Program-made: the position numbers and the translations under genes | In this document: positions 18,302 through 30,066 of the stretch, one piece after another | Layout of the letters: each line of letters starts with the position of its first letter | Position numbering within the stretch: position 1 is the first letter of the stretch | Notes under the pieces: generated by a model | The model's input: only the letters and a program-made list of their open reading frames with translations | The model's database searches: none | Told to the model about the DNA's origin: nothing | Source of the DNA: a virus | DNA length: 61,641 bases | Strand: one strand, 5' to 3' | IMG/VR virus record: IMGVR_UViG_3300020182_000008 | Coordinates: 104,628 to 166,268 of that record

Positions 18302-19369
18302 ATGGCTGACAAGAAAATAACAGAATTAAACGAACTCTCCTCAGCATCTTTAAATGACATATTTGCTGTAGTAGATATAGCTGGGAGTGAAACTAAAAAA
18401 ATTACTAACGAAAGCTATATCACAAATGTTAGAAATCACGAATCTCCTTTAACCGCCTCTGGTGTGGTAATATCAGGTGATTTAATTCCAAAATTTCCTT
18501 CTGGCTCAACTTTAGGTACAGCAGACAAACCATTCGCCGAACTATATCTACAATCAGGCTCTATCTACGTAGAATCTGATACACCTGGGGATCCACCAGC
18601 TGTTATTTCAAATGTAAGTGGTAACTTAGAGATATCAGTCGGTGGTATGTTACTAATAGAACCCGGCAACTCATTTATAGCAGATACAGGCTCATTTAAA
18701 TATCTTTCTGGTAGCTTAGAACATATTGGATCACTTATCCGATCAGGTTCAACTGATATATCAGGATCACTTACAGCATCTTTAACAAATGAACACGTTT
18801 GGATAGGAGATGAAAATAATAGAAGCACCGAAATATCGGCCTCGGCATTAGCTACCTACCTTACTTCCTCATTTGTTACACCAGAACAGACAGGCTCATT
18901 TGTTGAATCAGCTTATATATCACTTTACTCTTCAGCATCTCAACAATTAGCAGTATCTGGAGCAGCACAACCAGTTACTTTTAATAGTGTGTGGGCACAA
19001 GATGGAGTAAGTCTATCGGGGGGTTCTCAACTAGTAATGGAAAAAGCAGGGACTTATCAATTTAATTTTGTTGCTCAAGTTCAAAATACAGAAAACGCAG
19101 TACATGATTCGTACTTTTGGATAAAATACAATGGAAATAATTTTCCAAACTCAGCAACTCAAATGTCTTTACAGCCAAGAAAGAATGAAAGTACTCCATC
19201 TGCTCAATTGATGACTGTGAATATAGTAGGTGTTGCACAAAACGATGATGATTATATTGAATTATATTGGACAGGTGATAGTAATACTATACAGTTAAAT
19301 GAAACTCCAGGTAATGGAGTTAAACCAGAAACACCTTCGGTAATTGCAAACATAATAAGGGTAGGTTAA
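18302..19369 (+). CDS. Virion appendage/decoration protein with C1q/BclA-CTD-like C-terminal domain
   Basis: MADKKITEL N-motif; many SGS/TAS; ...VTFNS...AGTYQFNF...DDYIELYW. Confidence 0.6.
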   Translation: MADKKITELNELSSASLNDIFAVVDIAGSETKKITNESYITNVRNHESPLTASGVVISGDLIPKFPSGSTLGTADKPFAELYLQSGSIYVESDTPGDPPAVISNVSGNLEISVGGMLLIEPGNSFIADTGSFKYLSGSLEHIGSLIRSGSTDISGSLTASLTNEHVWIGDENNRSTEISASALATYLTSSFVTPEQTGSFVESAYISLYSSASQQLAVSGAAQPVTFNSVWAQDGVSLSGGSQLVMEKAGTYQFNFVAQVQNTENAVHDSYFWIKYNGNNFPNSATQMSLQPRKNESTPSAQLMTVNIVGVAQNDDDYIELYWTGDSNTIQLNETPGNGVKPETPSVIANIIRVG

Positions 19370-19421
19370 TATTTATATGTGAACGTTCTTTCACATGTAT
19401 TAACCCTTTAACAAACCGTTT

Positions 19422-20156
19422 ATGGCAAGTAAACCCCATACGGACGAAGTATATCGTCCAAAGAGGATACCTAAAAACCCAATTAATTTTAAATTACAAT
19501 TAAACGAAGAGCAAAAAGAAGCAAAAGCTAAAATATTAGACAATACAATAACCCTCCTAGCAGGGCAAGCAGGTTCTGGAAAAACGTTATTAGCATGTAA
19601 TGTCGCACTCGATGGTCTATTCAGACGAATGTATGATAAAGTAATCATAACCAGACCAACTGTATCAAAAGAAGAAATCGGATTTTTACCCGGAGATTTA
19701 AGAGAAAAAATGGACCCTTGGGTTCAACCCATATATCAAAATATGTTTTTACTATATGACAAAGTCAAAATAGAAAAATGTATTGAAGATGGTACTATAG
19801 AAATTGTACCTGTATCGTTTATGCGAGGTAGAACATTTCTAGATTCTGTTATTATAGTAGATGAAGCACAAAACGTTACACACGATCAAATGGAAATGAT
19901 CGCAACACGTATTGGAAAACGATCCAAAATGATAGTGTGTGGTGATACACATCAAGTAGACCTTAAAAATAAAGGTGATTCAGGATTCAAATTCCTATAT
20001 AATGCTGCTAAAAAGGTCAAAAATATGGAATCCATTACTTTGATGACAAACAATAGAGACGAAGTAGTTCAAGACCTTATTGATTACTATAACGAAGCAT
20101 ACGACAAAAAACAAATTGTAGGTACCGCGGGTAGCAGTGGAACAACAAGAAGGTAA
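19422..20156 (+). CDS. phoH: PhoH family ATPase
   Basis: GQAGSGKT, GFLPGDLREK, FMRGRTF, DEAQN, GDTHQVD. Confidence 0.95.
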   Translation: MASKPHTDEVYRPKRIPKNPINFKLQLNEEQKEAKAKILDNTITLLAGQAGSGKTLLACNVALDGLFRRMYDKVIITRPTVSKEEIGFLPGDLREKMDPWVQPIYQNMFLLYDKVKIEKCIEDGTIEIVPVSFMRGRTFLDSVIIVDEAQNVTHDQMEMIATRIGKRSKMIVCGDTHQVDLKNKGDSGFKFLYNAAKKVKNMESITLMTNNRDEVVQDLIDYYNEAYDKKQIVGTAGSSGTTRR

Positions 20157-20178
20157 ATATTTATAACAAAATCTAATT

Positions 20179-21330
20179 ATGTCTCAAACCCCTATTATAT
20201 GGACGGGTGCTTCCACATTCGCAGGTGGTCAAACTCCATTTGGCTTTTATGATAGTGATACTCAATTTTCTACAGATGCTGATAAAGTAGCACAATTTTG
20301 TGCTTCACGTTTAGGATATCCTACAGTTGATGTTGAAATGGGTAGTGGTTCGTTTTATGCTTGTTTTGAAGAAGCTGTAACTACATATGGTAACGAGCTT
20401 TATTTATATCAAATACGAAATAACTTTATAAATTTAGAAGCCTCTAATACAGGTTCTGAATTAAATCAATCTGTAATTAACCCTAACTTAGGAAACGTTA
20501 TTAGATTAGCTGAAAATTATGGGTCAGAGGCAGGTTCAGGTGGTAATGTAACTTGGTATTCAGGCTCAATCCCACTAACAGCATCAGTTCAAGAATACGA
20601 TTTAAATGCTTGGAAAGATACCCAAGGTATTACAGGTTCAATTGAAGTAAAACAAGTATTTTATCAAAATACTCCTGCAATTGTTAGATATTTTGATCCT
20701 TATGCTGGTACAGGATATGGATCTCAACAATTACTTGATGTATTTGGGTTTGGAAACTATTCTCCTGCAATTAACTTTTTGTTAATGCCAATCTATTATG
20801 ATATTTCTGTAATTCAAGCAATTGAACTAAATGATCAAATTAGAAAATCAGCATTCTCATTTGAATTAGTTAATAACAAATTAAGAGTATTCCCTATCCC
20901 AAACTTACCAGGACAATTATTCATTCAGTACATTAAAGTAGATGAAAGAAATGCCCCTACATCATCTAATTTCTCAGGTGGCGATATGGTAACAGACATT
21001 TCAAATGTTCCTTATGAAAACCCAACATATGAATATATCAATGCACCTGGTAGATATTGGGTATTTGAATATACTTTAGCATTAGCAAAAGAACTATTAG
21101 GATACATAAGAGGTAAATACTCTCAGGTACCAGTACCAGGAGCTGAAGTAACATTAAATCAAGCTGATTTAATTGCTGCTGCAAATACAGAAAAAGCAGC
21201 ATTAATTGAAAAACTAAGATTAGATCTAGATGAAAACTCTAGAAAAATGCAATTACAACGTAAAGCAGAAGAAGCAGATGCAATGGGCAGAACATTAGAA
21301 CAAGTTCCCCTACCAATTTATATAGCATAA
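20179..21330 (+). CDS. Neck protein (gp13-like)
   Basis: RLGYPTVDVE, WVFEYTLALAKELLG..RGKY, PGAEVTLN. Confidence 0.85.
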   Translation: MSQTPIIWTGASTFAGGQTPFGFYDSDTQFSTDADKVAQFCASRLGYPTVDVEMGSGSFYACFEEAVTTYGNELYLYQIRNNFINLEASNTGSELNQSVINPNLGNVIRLAENYGSEAGSGGNVTWYSGSIPLTASVQEYDLNAWKDTQGITGSIEVKQVFYQNTPAIVRYFDPYAGTGYGSQQLLDVFGFGNYSPAINFLLMPIYYDISVIQAIELNDQIRKSAFSFELVNNKLRVFPIPNLPGQLFIQYIKVDERNAPTSSNFSGGDMVTDISNVPYENPTYEYINAPGRYWVFEYTLALAKELLGYIRGKYSQVPVPGAEVTLNQADLIAAANTEKAALIEKLRLDLDENSRKMQLQRKAEEADAMGRTLEQVPLPIYIA

Positions 21331-21331
21331 T

Positions 21332-21823
21332 ATGGCCCTATACGGAAAAAATAGAGATGTATTACTATTTCAGGGGCTCAATACAGAACTCCTACATAAA
21401 ATCATCGAACAACAGGTTGGATACTACAAGCCTGTTTTAGACGATACACCTGCCAATCTATATGGCGAAGCGCAAAATAAAACGTGGTTAGGCCCTGTTT
21501 TAATTAAATGTTTGCTCGATAGAGGCGAACAAGAAGTAGTAAACGATGAATTTGGTGTAGATAGAAATAGACCATTATCAGTTCGTTTCTTTAGAAAAGA
21601 TTTAGTTGACGCTAATATTGTTCCTGAAATAGGAGATGCGATACTTTGGAATGAAGATTACTATGAAGTTGATAATCTAGTAGAAAATCAATTAATATTA
21701 GGTAAAGATCCATCATATCCATACAGTGATACAGTAGACGATTTTGGTTCAAGTCACTCAATCATATTAACATGCCACTATACAAGACCAGAACGTTTAG
21801 GAATTAAAGAAGAAAGAATGTAA
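21332..21823 (+). CDS. Head closure/neck protein (gp14-like)
   Basis: NLYGE, FG, PEIGD...YYEV; position after the gp13-like gene. Confidence 0.75.
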   Translation: MALYGKNRDVLLFQGLNTELLHKIIEQQVGYYKPVLDDTPANLYGEAQNKTWLGPVLIKCLLDRGEQEVVNDEFGVDRNRPLSVRFFRKDLVDANIVPEIGDAILWNEDYYEVDNLVENQLILGKDPSYPYSDTVDDFGSSHSIILTCHYTRPERLGIKEERM

Positions 21824-22698
21824 TGGAGTTTAAACCGAGACCATATACAAAACGAGAATTTTTATCTAAGTTACAGGAACCTTATGTTAACCCTGCAACT
21901 CAAGAAGAAGTTCTACCTAAACAAGCTCCTGCATCTATAGAAGTTAAACCTGGCCAACCAGAATTTAATAGAGCAAAAGAAGTATCGATGAAAGACGATA
22001 CTAAAAACAAAACTATATCAATTGGTTTAAAAGATATAGATAGCTCTATAATGTACTATCTTGAAAACGTAATTAAACCTACAGTAACCCAAAACGATAG
22101 ACAAATATCTGTACCCATTATATATGGTTCTCCTGAAAGATGGAAATCAATGCAAGCAGATGGTTTCTATAGAGACAAAAATGGTAAAACAATGGTACCT
22201 CTTGTAATGTTTAAAAGAGACAGTTTTACAAAAAATAATACTTTAGGTAATAAATTAGATGGTAATAGAGTTCAAAACGTACAATATTTTGAAACAGGAT
22301 ACTCTAAACGAAACGTTTACGATAATTTTAATCTTTTAAGAGATCAAAAACCTCAAAAAGAATATATTTTAGGTATCATCCCAGATTATATAGATATAAC
22401 TTATAGTTTATCTATTTTTACAGATTATGTAGAACAAGCAAACGAGATAACGGAAGCAATTGAATTTGCTGCTCGTTCATATTGGGGTGATCCTGAAAGA
22501 TTTATGTTTAGAGCAGATATTCAAACATTTAACACACCTGTTTTATTAGAAAACGGAAGTGATAGAGCAAATAGAACAACAATGAATGTTTTAGTTAACG
22601 GATATATTATACCATCGGGTATAAATGTAGCTATGGCTGGACCTAGCCCCAAATCATATAACGTTACTAAAACTGTATTTAAAGAAACAGTAGTATAA
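21823..22698 (+). CDS. Tail terminator/sheath stabiliser (gp15-like)
   Basis: VPIIYGSPERW, P.YIDITYSLSIFT; synteny. Confidence 0.75.
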   Translation: MEFKPRPYTKREFLSKLQEPYVNPATQEEVLPKQAPASIEVKPGQPEFNRAKEVSMKDDTKNKTISIGLKDIDSSIMYYLENVIKPTVTQNDRQISVPIIYGSPERWKSMQADGFYRDKNGKTMVPLVMFKRDSFTKNNTLGNKLDGNRVQNVQYFETGYSKRNVYDNFNLLRDQKPQKEYILGIIPDYIDITYSLSIFTDYVEQANEITEAIEFAARSYWGDPERFMFRADIQTFNTPVLLENGSDRANRTTMNVLVNGYIIPSGINVAMAGPSPKSYNVTKTVFKETVV

Positions 22699-22729
22699 TA
22701 TATATTTATTATAGAAATAGTCTAGCCAG

Positions 22730-24859
22730 ATGAGCAACCATAGAAAAATAAGCACCCAAGGAATTGATAGTGGTAGTATTATCTACCCAGAACACGTTTT
22801 AAGAGCAATTGACGCCTTAAATGGTGATGCTGGACCTTATGATCTTGTTATATCTGGTTCATTAACTTCAACGGGTCCACAATTTATTTCTTCAGGTAGT
22901 TTAATTGAAAATAATAATGCTCCTGCCGCTTTAATGTATAACACCTCTTCAGGTGACATTTATTATAGTACAGGTAGTTTAGGTGGAGGAAGTGGTGTAG
23001 TAGGTACAAATGGTACCTCTGGAACCTCTGGAACCTCTGGTATAGATGGAACCTCTGGAACTTCTGGAAACACAGGTACATCTGGTACATCAGGTACAGA
23101 CGGAACTTCTGGAACAAGTGGTACAAACGGTACTTCTGGTACTTCTGGAGCAGATGGAAATTTATTTACAACAACTTCATCCACTTCAATATCAATTGCT
23201 ACAGGAGCCCAATCCCTTAATGTAGCTACAGGATTAGCTTATATTAATGGTCATGGTATATTAATAGCATCTGCAGCAAACTCAGCTAATTTTATGCTAG
23301 GTAAAGTTACAGGATACAATTCCAATACTGGTGCTATGTCCGTATCTATACAAACCATTGGTGGTAGTGGAACTTACTCAAATTGGAATGTAAGTTTAGA
23401 ATCAGCCCCTGGTACTTCTGGTACAAGCGGAACAAGCGGGACTTCAGGAACAAATGGTACTTCAGGTACAAATGGAACATCAGGTACCGATGGTAGTTCA
23501 GGTAGCTCAGGAAGTTCAGGATCAAGTGGTACATCAGGTACATCAGGTACTAGTGGTACTTACTCAGGTACTTCAAGTACATCTTTAGCAATTGGAACTG
23601 GATCTACTTCATTAACCGTAGAAACTGGTTTATCATTTGCTGCAGGACAATCAGTAATAATCCAAGAAAATGGAAATACTGCTAATTATATGATTGGTAA
23701 AGTCACCACATATAATAGCGGAACAGGTGCCTTAACAGTTAACATTACAAGTACAGGAGGAACCGGAACAATTTCATCTTGGACAATAGAATTAGGTTCA
23801 GGAGATGGTACTTCAGGTACATCTGGTTCTTCAGGAAATTCAGGAACATCCGGCACTTCAGGTACAAACGGTACTTCAGGAACAGATGGTTCATCAGGTA
23901 CTAGTGGAGAAAATGGAACTAACGGAACTAGTGGTACTTCAGGAACAAACGGAACATCTGGTACAAATGGTACAGATGGCACTTCAGGAACAAATGGTAC
24001 TTCTGGTACAGACGGGACTTCAGGAACAACACCTGAAGCACAATTTACAGGATCATATACTGGTTCATTTACAGGAGATGGTACAGGTTTAACCGGCGTG
24101 GCTTCATCCACAGGTTCTTATACAGGATCATTTACAGGTAGTATATTAGTAGACGATGCTTCTGGTTCATTTAGTGGATCATTTGAAGGAGATGGATCTA
24201 ATTTAACAGGACTTGTAGCTGGTATAAGTACAATATATAACACACAAGTAAGATACGAGGCATTAAACGCTGGAAACAGTGGTGCTGATGGTAGAGTAGA
24301 AATTTTATCTACAGGTACTGTATATGGTGGTTTAACTTGGTCTAGATCAGGTACTACCCTAACTATTACAAAAACTAATCATGGTTTATCCACAGGAGAT
24401 TATATTGTAATAAGAAACATGAATTCAGATTATACTTATGTTTCTGTAACAGCAACTAATTCTAATACATTAACTTGTACTGTAGCCGATAGTGGAGGAA
24501 CATCTGGAACTGAAGGAGCGTATGTACCCGCATTTAAAGCAAGTTCATATACACAAAACGGTGTAACCATTACATCACCTAATACCGGAGATTGCCAAGT
24601 AGATTCTATTCAAATTACTACACCTACTAAAACAAACAGTAACTTTAATTTGATAATGCCTAGTTCAGTATCAAATGGTGCTGGTGGTAATAATAGTTTA
24701 TACTATCAAAACCCTCCATTAATACAAGTATGGGCTTTAAGTAATGGTAACCAAAATTCATCCGCAGTAATAACATTAAATACTTCAAGTAATTTTAATC
24801 AATTTGAAGTAGGTGGTTTAGCATCACTTGTAAAAAGTTTAATTAGATTAACATTCTAG
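22730..24859 (+). CDS. Collagen-like (Gly-Thr-Ser)n fibre protein
   Basis: Three GTS triplet blocks separated by two similar ~80-aa beta modules. Confidence 0.8.
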   Translation: MSNHRKISTQGIDSGSIIYPEHVLRAIDALNGDAGPYDLVISGSLTSTGPQFISSGSLIENNNAPAALMYNTSSGDIYYSTGSLGGGSGVVGTNGTSGTSGTSGIDGTSGTSGNTGTSGTSGTDGTSGTSGTNGTSGTSGADGNLFTTTSSTSISIATGAQSLNVATGLAYINGHGILIASAANSANFMLGKVTGYNSNTGAMSVSIQTIGGSGTYSNWNVSLESAPGTSGTSGTSGTSGTNGTSGTNGTSGTDGSSGSSGSSGSSGTSGTSGTSGTYSGTSSTSLAIGTGSTSLTVETGLSFAAGQSVIIQENGNTANYMIGKVTTYNSGTGALTVNITSTGGTGTISSWTIELGSGDGTSGTSGSSGNSGTSGTSGTNGTSGTDGSSGTSGENGTNGTSGTSGTNGTSGTNGTDGTSGTNGTSGTDGTSGTTPEAQFTGSYTGSFTGDGTGLTGVASSTGSYTGSFTGSILVDDASGSFSGSFEGDGSNLTGLVAGISTIYNTQVRYEALNAGNSGADGRVEILSTGTVYGGLTWSRSGTTLTITKTNHGLSTGDYIVIRNMNSDYTYVSVTATNSNTLTCTVADSGGTSGTEGAYVPAFKASSYTQNGVTITSPNTGDCQVDSIQITTPTKTNSNFNLIMPSSVSNGAGGNNSLYYQNPPLIQVWALSNGNQNSSAVITLNTSSNFNQFEVGGLASLVKSLIRLTF

Positions 24860-24860
24860 A

Positions 24861-26813
24861 ATGGCATATAGAGACCAACCATTTATAGGTGCAGTTAGTG
24901 CCGATAGCATATTAAAAGAAAACTTTATAATTGCTACTGGTAATTTTGCTAGTGCTTCTAACCAAATTGCTGATTTTAGTGTTTCATCTGGTGATGAAAA
25001 TTTATTAAGAGTAGGTCAAACTATTTACTCTGTAGGAGGTGCTGTTCCTACAAGTGCTACTATTACAAACATAAATGGTAGTTTAATTACTTTAGACACC
25101 CCATCAGTTGGAACTATTACGTCGGATACAATTGGTATATCTCTACCCTCAGGATCTTATTTATTTCAATCTGCTTCTTTTACTGATCCTAATAATGAAA
25201 TTACTGTAGGAGATATTACAGGTAGTAACACTGATCCCTCATATGATTATGCTATTTTAGGTGTAGCTAAACGAAATAATGCTACTAGAAAAGGTGTATT
25301 TCATATCTATAAAATTTCTGAAGTAGTACAAACTAATATAGGTGGTTCTGAATTATCATTTTTTGTAGAATGGGGAGAAGAAGGAACCGAAGCTGATTCA
25401 GGAGATATTTTACAAACTTCTGAAGAAACTGTTGCAATTGTAAATTTAACCGATTCAGGTTCAATAGCACCTGGATTTTCAAGAGCAATTGCTGGTTTAG
25501 AAAATATTAAAGATGGCTCAGAATATGCTGGATTTAATGTAGCAATATCCCAATATCTATCTGATATATCAGGTTCATCAGGAGGTACTTCAGCAACAGG
25601 TTCATTTACAGGATCATTTACAGGTTCAATTTTAGGAGATGTTTTAGGTACTGCTTCTATAGCAGATTTTGCTACTACTGCTTCTTATATATCAACTGCT
25701 AGTTTTTCAGATAGTGCTACAAGTGCTTCATATGCTGAAACCTCATCTATCCAATACGATTCAGGTTCAGGTACTATTACAGGATTAGACGAGATAAAAA
25801 TTAATGATTTTGATGATAACGTAGGTGTTACATTTCAAGATAGTAAATTAACACTAACATTTGGCTCACCAACTGTACCTTCTATCTCAAGTTTTTTTAA
25901 TAGTGGGTTTGATACAAATAGATTTAATTTAGTAGAAGACGATTCTACTGTTACTGCTAACTGGAGTAATGGTGGTTATACTTTTTTAAGTGCTTCTATC
26001 TACACAGGAAGTATAGAATTAACTCATAGTTTAGATGCTGGTGATACTAATTTAACATTAGCTTTAACTACATCAGGTTCACAAAGGTATTTCTTATATT
26101 ATACTGCTTCAAGTCCCTTAGACAATACAGAATATTACTTATCACAAACTTTAACTAGTAACTTAAGTAAAACAAACCCAACGAATCCATCAATATCACC
26201 TACCCCAGCAGTACAATTAGGTGCTTCATCTAATCAAATAGAACAAGGGGGTACAGGTAGTATAGCATTTACAAGTGCATACGGAAGTTCAAATGGATGG
26301 GATCAAGTATCATTAGTAAATACCCCAGTTGCAACACCTTTAGAAGTAACAGGTTCAGCTACTGGTTCAAATAGTTTAAGTATTCAAGCAGTAGCAAGTT
26401 ATGAATCACCCGATGGAGATAATAATCCACAATTAACTACGAATAGAACAGCAACAACTACCTATAGTAAAATACGTAGTGTAAGATATGGTGCTTCAGC
26501 AACAACAGCATTTACACAAACTCAATACGAAGATTTAGGAGCTTGGGATACAACATTAGGAGGAAATATAGGTACTATAGATAAAGGTAACACTTCCCCA
26601 TCAGGAGATAGTTTAACTATTACTTGGAGTGGAGATAAATACCATTATATAGTATATGATAGTAATAGAAGTGATTTAACTAATATTTCTACAGGAGGAT
26701 TTGGAGTAATAGGACAGTTTACTAAAACTACAGTAGGAGACTATACAGTATATAGAACTAATGACTTACAAGCAGGAGGTGGTAGTACTAGTATAACCTA
26801 TGATTTAACATAA
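24861..26813 (+). CDS. Ser/Thr-rich virion structural protein
   Basis: TGSF/SAS/TAS motifs; located in the fibre cluster. Confidence 0.7.
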   Translation: MAYRDQPFIGAVSADSILKENFIIATGNFASASNQIADFSVSSGDENLLRVGQTIYSVGGAVPTSATITNINGSLITLDTPSVGTITSDTIGISLPSGSYLFQSASFTDPNNEITVGDITGSNTDPSYDYAILGVAKRNNATRKGVFHIYKISEVVQTNIGGSELSFFVEWGEEGTEADSGDILQTSEETVAIVNLTDSGSIAPGFSRAIAGLENIKDGSEYAGFNVAISQYLSDISGSSGGTSATGSFTGSFTGSILGDVLGTASIADFATTASYISTASFSDSATSASYAETSSIQYDSGSGTITGLDEIKINDFDDNVGVTFQDSKLTLTFGSPTVPSISSFFNSGFDTNRFNLVEDDSTVTANWSNGGYTFLSASIYTGSIELTHSLDAGDTNLTLALTTSGSQRYFLYYTASSPLDNTEYYLSQTLTSNLSKTNPTNPSISPTPAVQLGASSNQIEQGGTGSIAFTSAYGSSNGWDQVSLVNTPVATPLEVTGSATGSNSLSIQAVASYESPDGDNNPQLTTNRTATTTYSKIRSVRYGASATTAFTQTQYEDLGAWDTTLGGNIGTIDKGNTSPSGDSLTITWSGDKYHYIVYDSNRSDLTNISTGGFGVIGQFTKTTVGDYTVYRTNDLQAGGGSTSITYDLT

Positions 26814-26823
26814 TATATAGCAG

Positions 26824-27693
26824 ATGGCAATTACTTTACCTGGTGGCTTTAGGATAACGAATAACGAAGCAGTTGATTCTAGAATAAGTGTAGCTGACCA
26901 ATCAGCACGTTTAGGATTTTCTGCTGCTAACGTATATGAAGGTTTACTTGTTTATCAACAAGATACAGATGAAATATACGTTTTAACTGATACTTCCGAT
27001 CCTACAGATAATGATAATTGGAAAAAGATATATCCTGTAGCATCAATGACAGGATCATTTAGTGGATCATTTACTGGTTCATTTGATGGTTTAATAGATA
27101 GTGCTTCATTTGCTGAAACAGCATCTTACGCTATGTATGCTGTATCTGCTTCACATGAAATAGTTCACGAAACATCCTCTTCATTTGCTGAAACAGCTTC
27201 ATTTGCACAAGGTGGAGATGGTGAATTTACTGGTTCCTTTACTGGTTCCTTTTCAGGTTCAAACTATTCTACAGACTTTACATTTGATGGTGATACTTTA
27301 ATTGTATCAGGTAACGTGTTTGTAGATGGAACATTAGATGCTGCAACTAAAAACTTTAAAATACAACACCCTACAATGGAAGGGTATTATCTACTCCACT
27401 CATCATTAGAAGGACCTGAACGTGGAATTTACCATAGAGGTAAATTAAGTGTCAGTAATATTATCCACTTACCAGACTATTGGAAAGAATTACCTGTAGA
27501 TGATACTGATATTACAGTACAACTTACTCCAATTGGTAATGCTTGCCATCATTGGGTTAAAAGAGTTACTAAAGAAGAAATTGAAATAGAATGTGAGTGT
27601 GGTAAACCAAGTTGTTTTTATATTGTACATGCCCAACGTTATAATGAGGGTAAATTTGAAATATTAGAACCAAAACGCAACAAAAGCTTGTAA
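26824..27693 (+). CDS. Fibre/appendage protein with chaperone-like C-terminal domain
   Basis: TGSFSGSF repeats; KNFKIQHP...HSSLEGPE...LPDYW...VQLTP. Confidence 0.7.
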   Translation: MAITLPGGFRITNNEAVDSRISVADQSARLGFSAANVYEGLLVYQQDTDEIYVLTDTSDPTDNDNWKKIYPVASMTGSFSGSFTGSFDGLIDSASFAETASYAMYAVSASHEIVHETSSSFAETASFAQGGDGEFTGSFTGSFSGSNYSTDFTFDGDTLIVSGNVFVDGTLDAATKNFKIQHPTMEGYYLLHSSLEGPERGIYHRGKLSVSNIIHLPDYWKELPVDDTDITVQLTPIGNACHHWVKRVTKEEIEIECECGKPSCFYIVHAQRYNEGKFEILEPKRNKSL

Positions 27694-27718
27694 AATGTAC
27701 TAAAGGTTATTATATTAA
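27688..27718 (+). promoter_or_regulatory. Host-type promoter TTG-N20-TATATTAA upstream of the glycosyltransferase
   Basis: TTG at 27688, TATATTAA at 27711. Confidence 0.6.
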
Positions 27719-27723
27719 ATGTT

Positions 27724-30027
27724 ATGAAGGTTCAAGCTCACACGAGTTTTATAGGTACTACTGGCTACGCAAATCATGCGCAGTCATTTTTTACTGAACT
27801 TGATAAATTAACCCCAACTAAAGTACGAAATTTTACAGTAGGTAAATCTTGGCAAGGACCTAACCATACACCTCACGATAAAGAACCCTATATTACACCT
27901 CAAATGAAGAAGATGCTTCATCTTCAAACATTATTTAATAATGATGGTTCTAGAAGCAATTTACCAATATACTCTTATAAAGACGGCTATCGTGCTGACA
28001 TTGATATTATACTTGAAGAACACGACCACCATTACTTCTACGATGCATATGATGGTTATAAAATAGGATATAACGTTTGGGAATCAACTCGCTACTCCGA
28101 ACAATTTTTTCAACAACTACTTACTTTAGATGAACTTTGGGTGCCAACTAAATGGCAAAAACAAATCTCTATAGAACAAGGATACCCAGAAGATAAAATA
28201 TTTGTTATACCTGAAGGAGTAGACGGTAGAGTATTTAAACCTACTTCTAAACCTAAGAAAAAAGATAAATTTCAATTTGTTATAGTTGGAAGATGGGACT
28301 ATAGAAAAGGTATAAAAGAAAGCATAGAAGGTTTCCTCAAAGCATTCCCAGATAACCAAAGTGTTGAATTATTATTAAACGTTGAAAATCCATACCCTGT
28401 AGATGGTATGAACTCTACAGAAGAACGTTTAAAATATTATGGGTTAGAAGATGATAGAATAAAAATATTAAAGTTTTTAGATAGAAAACAATATATTTCA
28501 TTACTACAAAACGCTAATGTGATAATATCTTGTGCCCGTGCTGAAGGATGGAATTTACCCTTAATTGAATCTTTAGCTTGTGGTATCCCTTCAATTTATA
28601 CTAAATGTTCAGGTCAACTCGAATTTACTAAAAGTGAAGGATTAGGAATAGATATATTAGGTGAAGAACCTGCTACAAATGGTAAAAATCTAACATATGA
28701 ACACAATATACCAGGTAACTTTTATACACCTGATTTAGACCATTTAGTGGATCAAATTAGAGATTCATATGAAAATTATGCTTATTGGAAAGATTGGTAT
28801 TTGAAACGTTCTAAAGAAATACGACAAAAATTTTCTTGGAAAAATCAAGCTAAAAAAGCATACGAACGTTTACAACAAATCGATATTAAACCAAAGAAAA
28901 AATTACCTAGATTAGAGGTAAATTTTGCAGATGGTCCCTATGCCTGTTTAAGAGATGCAGAACAAGAATATTTAATAGATTTTGTAAATCAGGATACAGG
29001 TAAAAGCGAATATTCTGTTAATTTACAAAATAACCATTGGGGTAAATCATTCCACAAATTTTTTATAAATTGGGATATTCAAGTTAAAGATAAATTTGGA
29101 GAAGTAGTTACATCTCACAAATATAATGCTGCTGGTAAACGCGTTTATATTGCTTGTGGTTCAAAATCATTAGGAGATACATTAGCTTGGTTCCCTTATG
29201 CCTTAGAATTTCAAAATAAACATAAATGTCACGTTATAGTATCTACCTTTTGGAATAAATTTTTTAAAAATAAATACCCTGAATTAACATTTGTAGAACC
29301 AGGTGAAACTGTACCTAACATATACGCAATGTATGAGTTAGGATGGTTTTACGATGACAATAAATTAAATGGTTTTAAACAACCCTATGATCCTAAACAA
29401 TTTACTTTACAACAAACTGCAACTAATATATTAGGATTAGAATATAAAGAGGTTTTACCTAAACTAGATTATCAAGTTAAAGAACGTCCTTGGAAAGAAA
29501 AATATGTTTGTATCTCACCACACGCTTCAGCAGGTGCAAAATACTGGCAACACCCTACAGGATGGCAAGATATAATAAACCACTTAAATAGTAAAGGTTA
29601 TAAAGTAGTTCAAATATCAAAAGAAAAACACAACGATAGTTGGGAAAATAGAAAATTACCCCAAAATAAATCCTTTGAAAATATTATAGATGCAACAGGA
29701 GACCATCCTATAGAAGATATAATCAATATTATTCACCATTCAGAATTATATATAGGAGTATCAAGTGGTTTAGCTTGGTTATCGTGGGCAATACAAAAAC
29801 CCGTAGTAATGGTATCTGGATTTAGTTCAGAATGGACTGAATTTAGTACAAAAATCCAACGTATTATAAACAAAAATGTTTGTAATTCTTGTTTTAATAA
29901 CTTTAAATTAGATGCTGGGGATTGGGATTGGTGTCCAATACATAAAGATACTTCTAGACAATTCGAATGTACTAAAAAAATATTACCCGAAAGTGTAATA
30001 GAGGGCATTACTCGCAGCCTTAGTTAA
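27724..30027 (+). CDS. Bifunctional glycosyltransferase: GT4 domain fused to an Aah/TibC-like protein O-heptosyltransferase domain
   Basis: GT4: VGRWDYRKG and EGWNLPLIE (Ex7E). Aah/TibC-like: SLGDTLAWFPY, YIGVSSGLAWLSW, ISG-type EF motif, CxxC-x13-C-x11-C. Confidence 0.9.
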   Translation: MKVQAHTSFIGTTGYANHAQSFFTELDKLTPTKVRNFTVGKSWQGPNHTPHDKEPYITPQMKKMLHLQTLFNNDGSRSNLPIYSYKDGYRADIDIILEEHDHHYFYDAYDGYKIGYNVWESTRYSEQFFQQLLTLDELWVPTKWQKQISIEQGYPEDKIFVIPEGVDGRVFKPTSKPKKKDKFQFVIVGRWDYRKGIKESIEGFLKAFPDNQSVELLLNVENPYPVDGMNSTEERLKYYGLEDDRIKILKFLDRKQYISLLQNANVIISCARAEGWNLPLIESLACGIPSIYTKCSGQLEFTKSEGLGIDILGEEPATNGKNLTYEHNIPGNFYTPDLDHLVDQIRDSYENYAYWKDWYLKRSKEIRQKFSWKNQAKKAYERLQQIDIKPKKKLPRLEVNFADGPYACLRDAEQEYLIDFVNQDTGKSEYSVNLQNNHWGKSFHKFFINWDIQVKDKFGEVVTSHKYNAAGKRVYIACGSKSLGDTLAWFPYALEFQNKHKCHVIVSTFWNKFFKNKYPELTFVEPGETVPNIYAMYELGWFYDDNKLNGFKQPYDPKQFTLQQTATNILGLEYKEVLPKLDYQVKERPWKEKYVCISPHASAGAKYWQHPTGWQDIINHLNSKGYKVVQISKEKHNDSWENRKLPQNKSFENIIDATGDHPIEDIINIIHHSELYIGVSSGLAWLSWAIQKPVVMVSGFSSEWTEFSTKIQRIINKNVCNSCFNNFKLDAGDWDWCPIHKDTSRQFECTKKILPESVIEGITRSLS

Positions 30028-30066
30028 TATTTATTAAGGAATAATCCTAGGTAAATTCATTAATTA

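Noticed and set aside
27724-30027. Glycosyltransferase as a DNA-modifying (T4 agt/bgt-like) enzyme
   Set aside because: Location among fibre genes and the Aah/TibC-type domain favour protein substrates; not fully excluded for the GT4 half.
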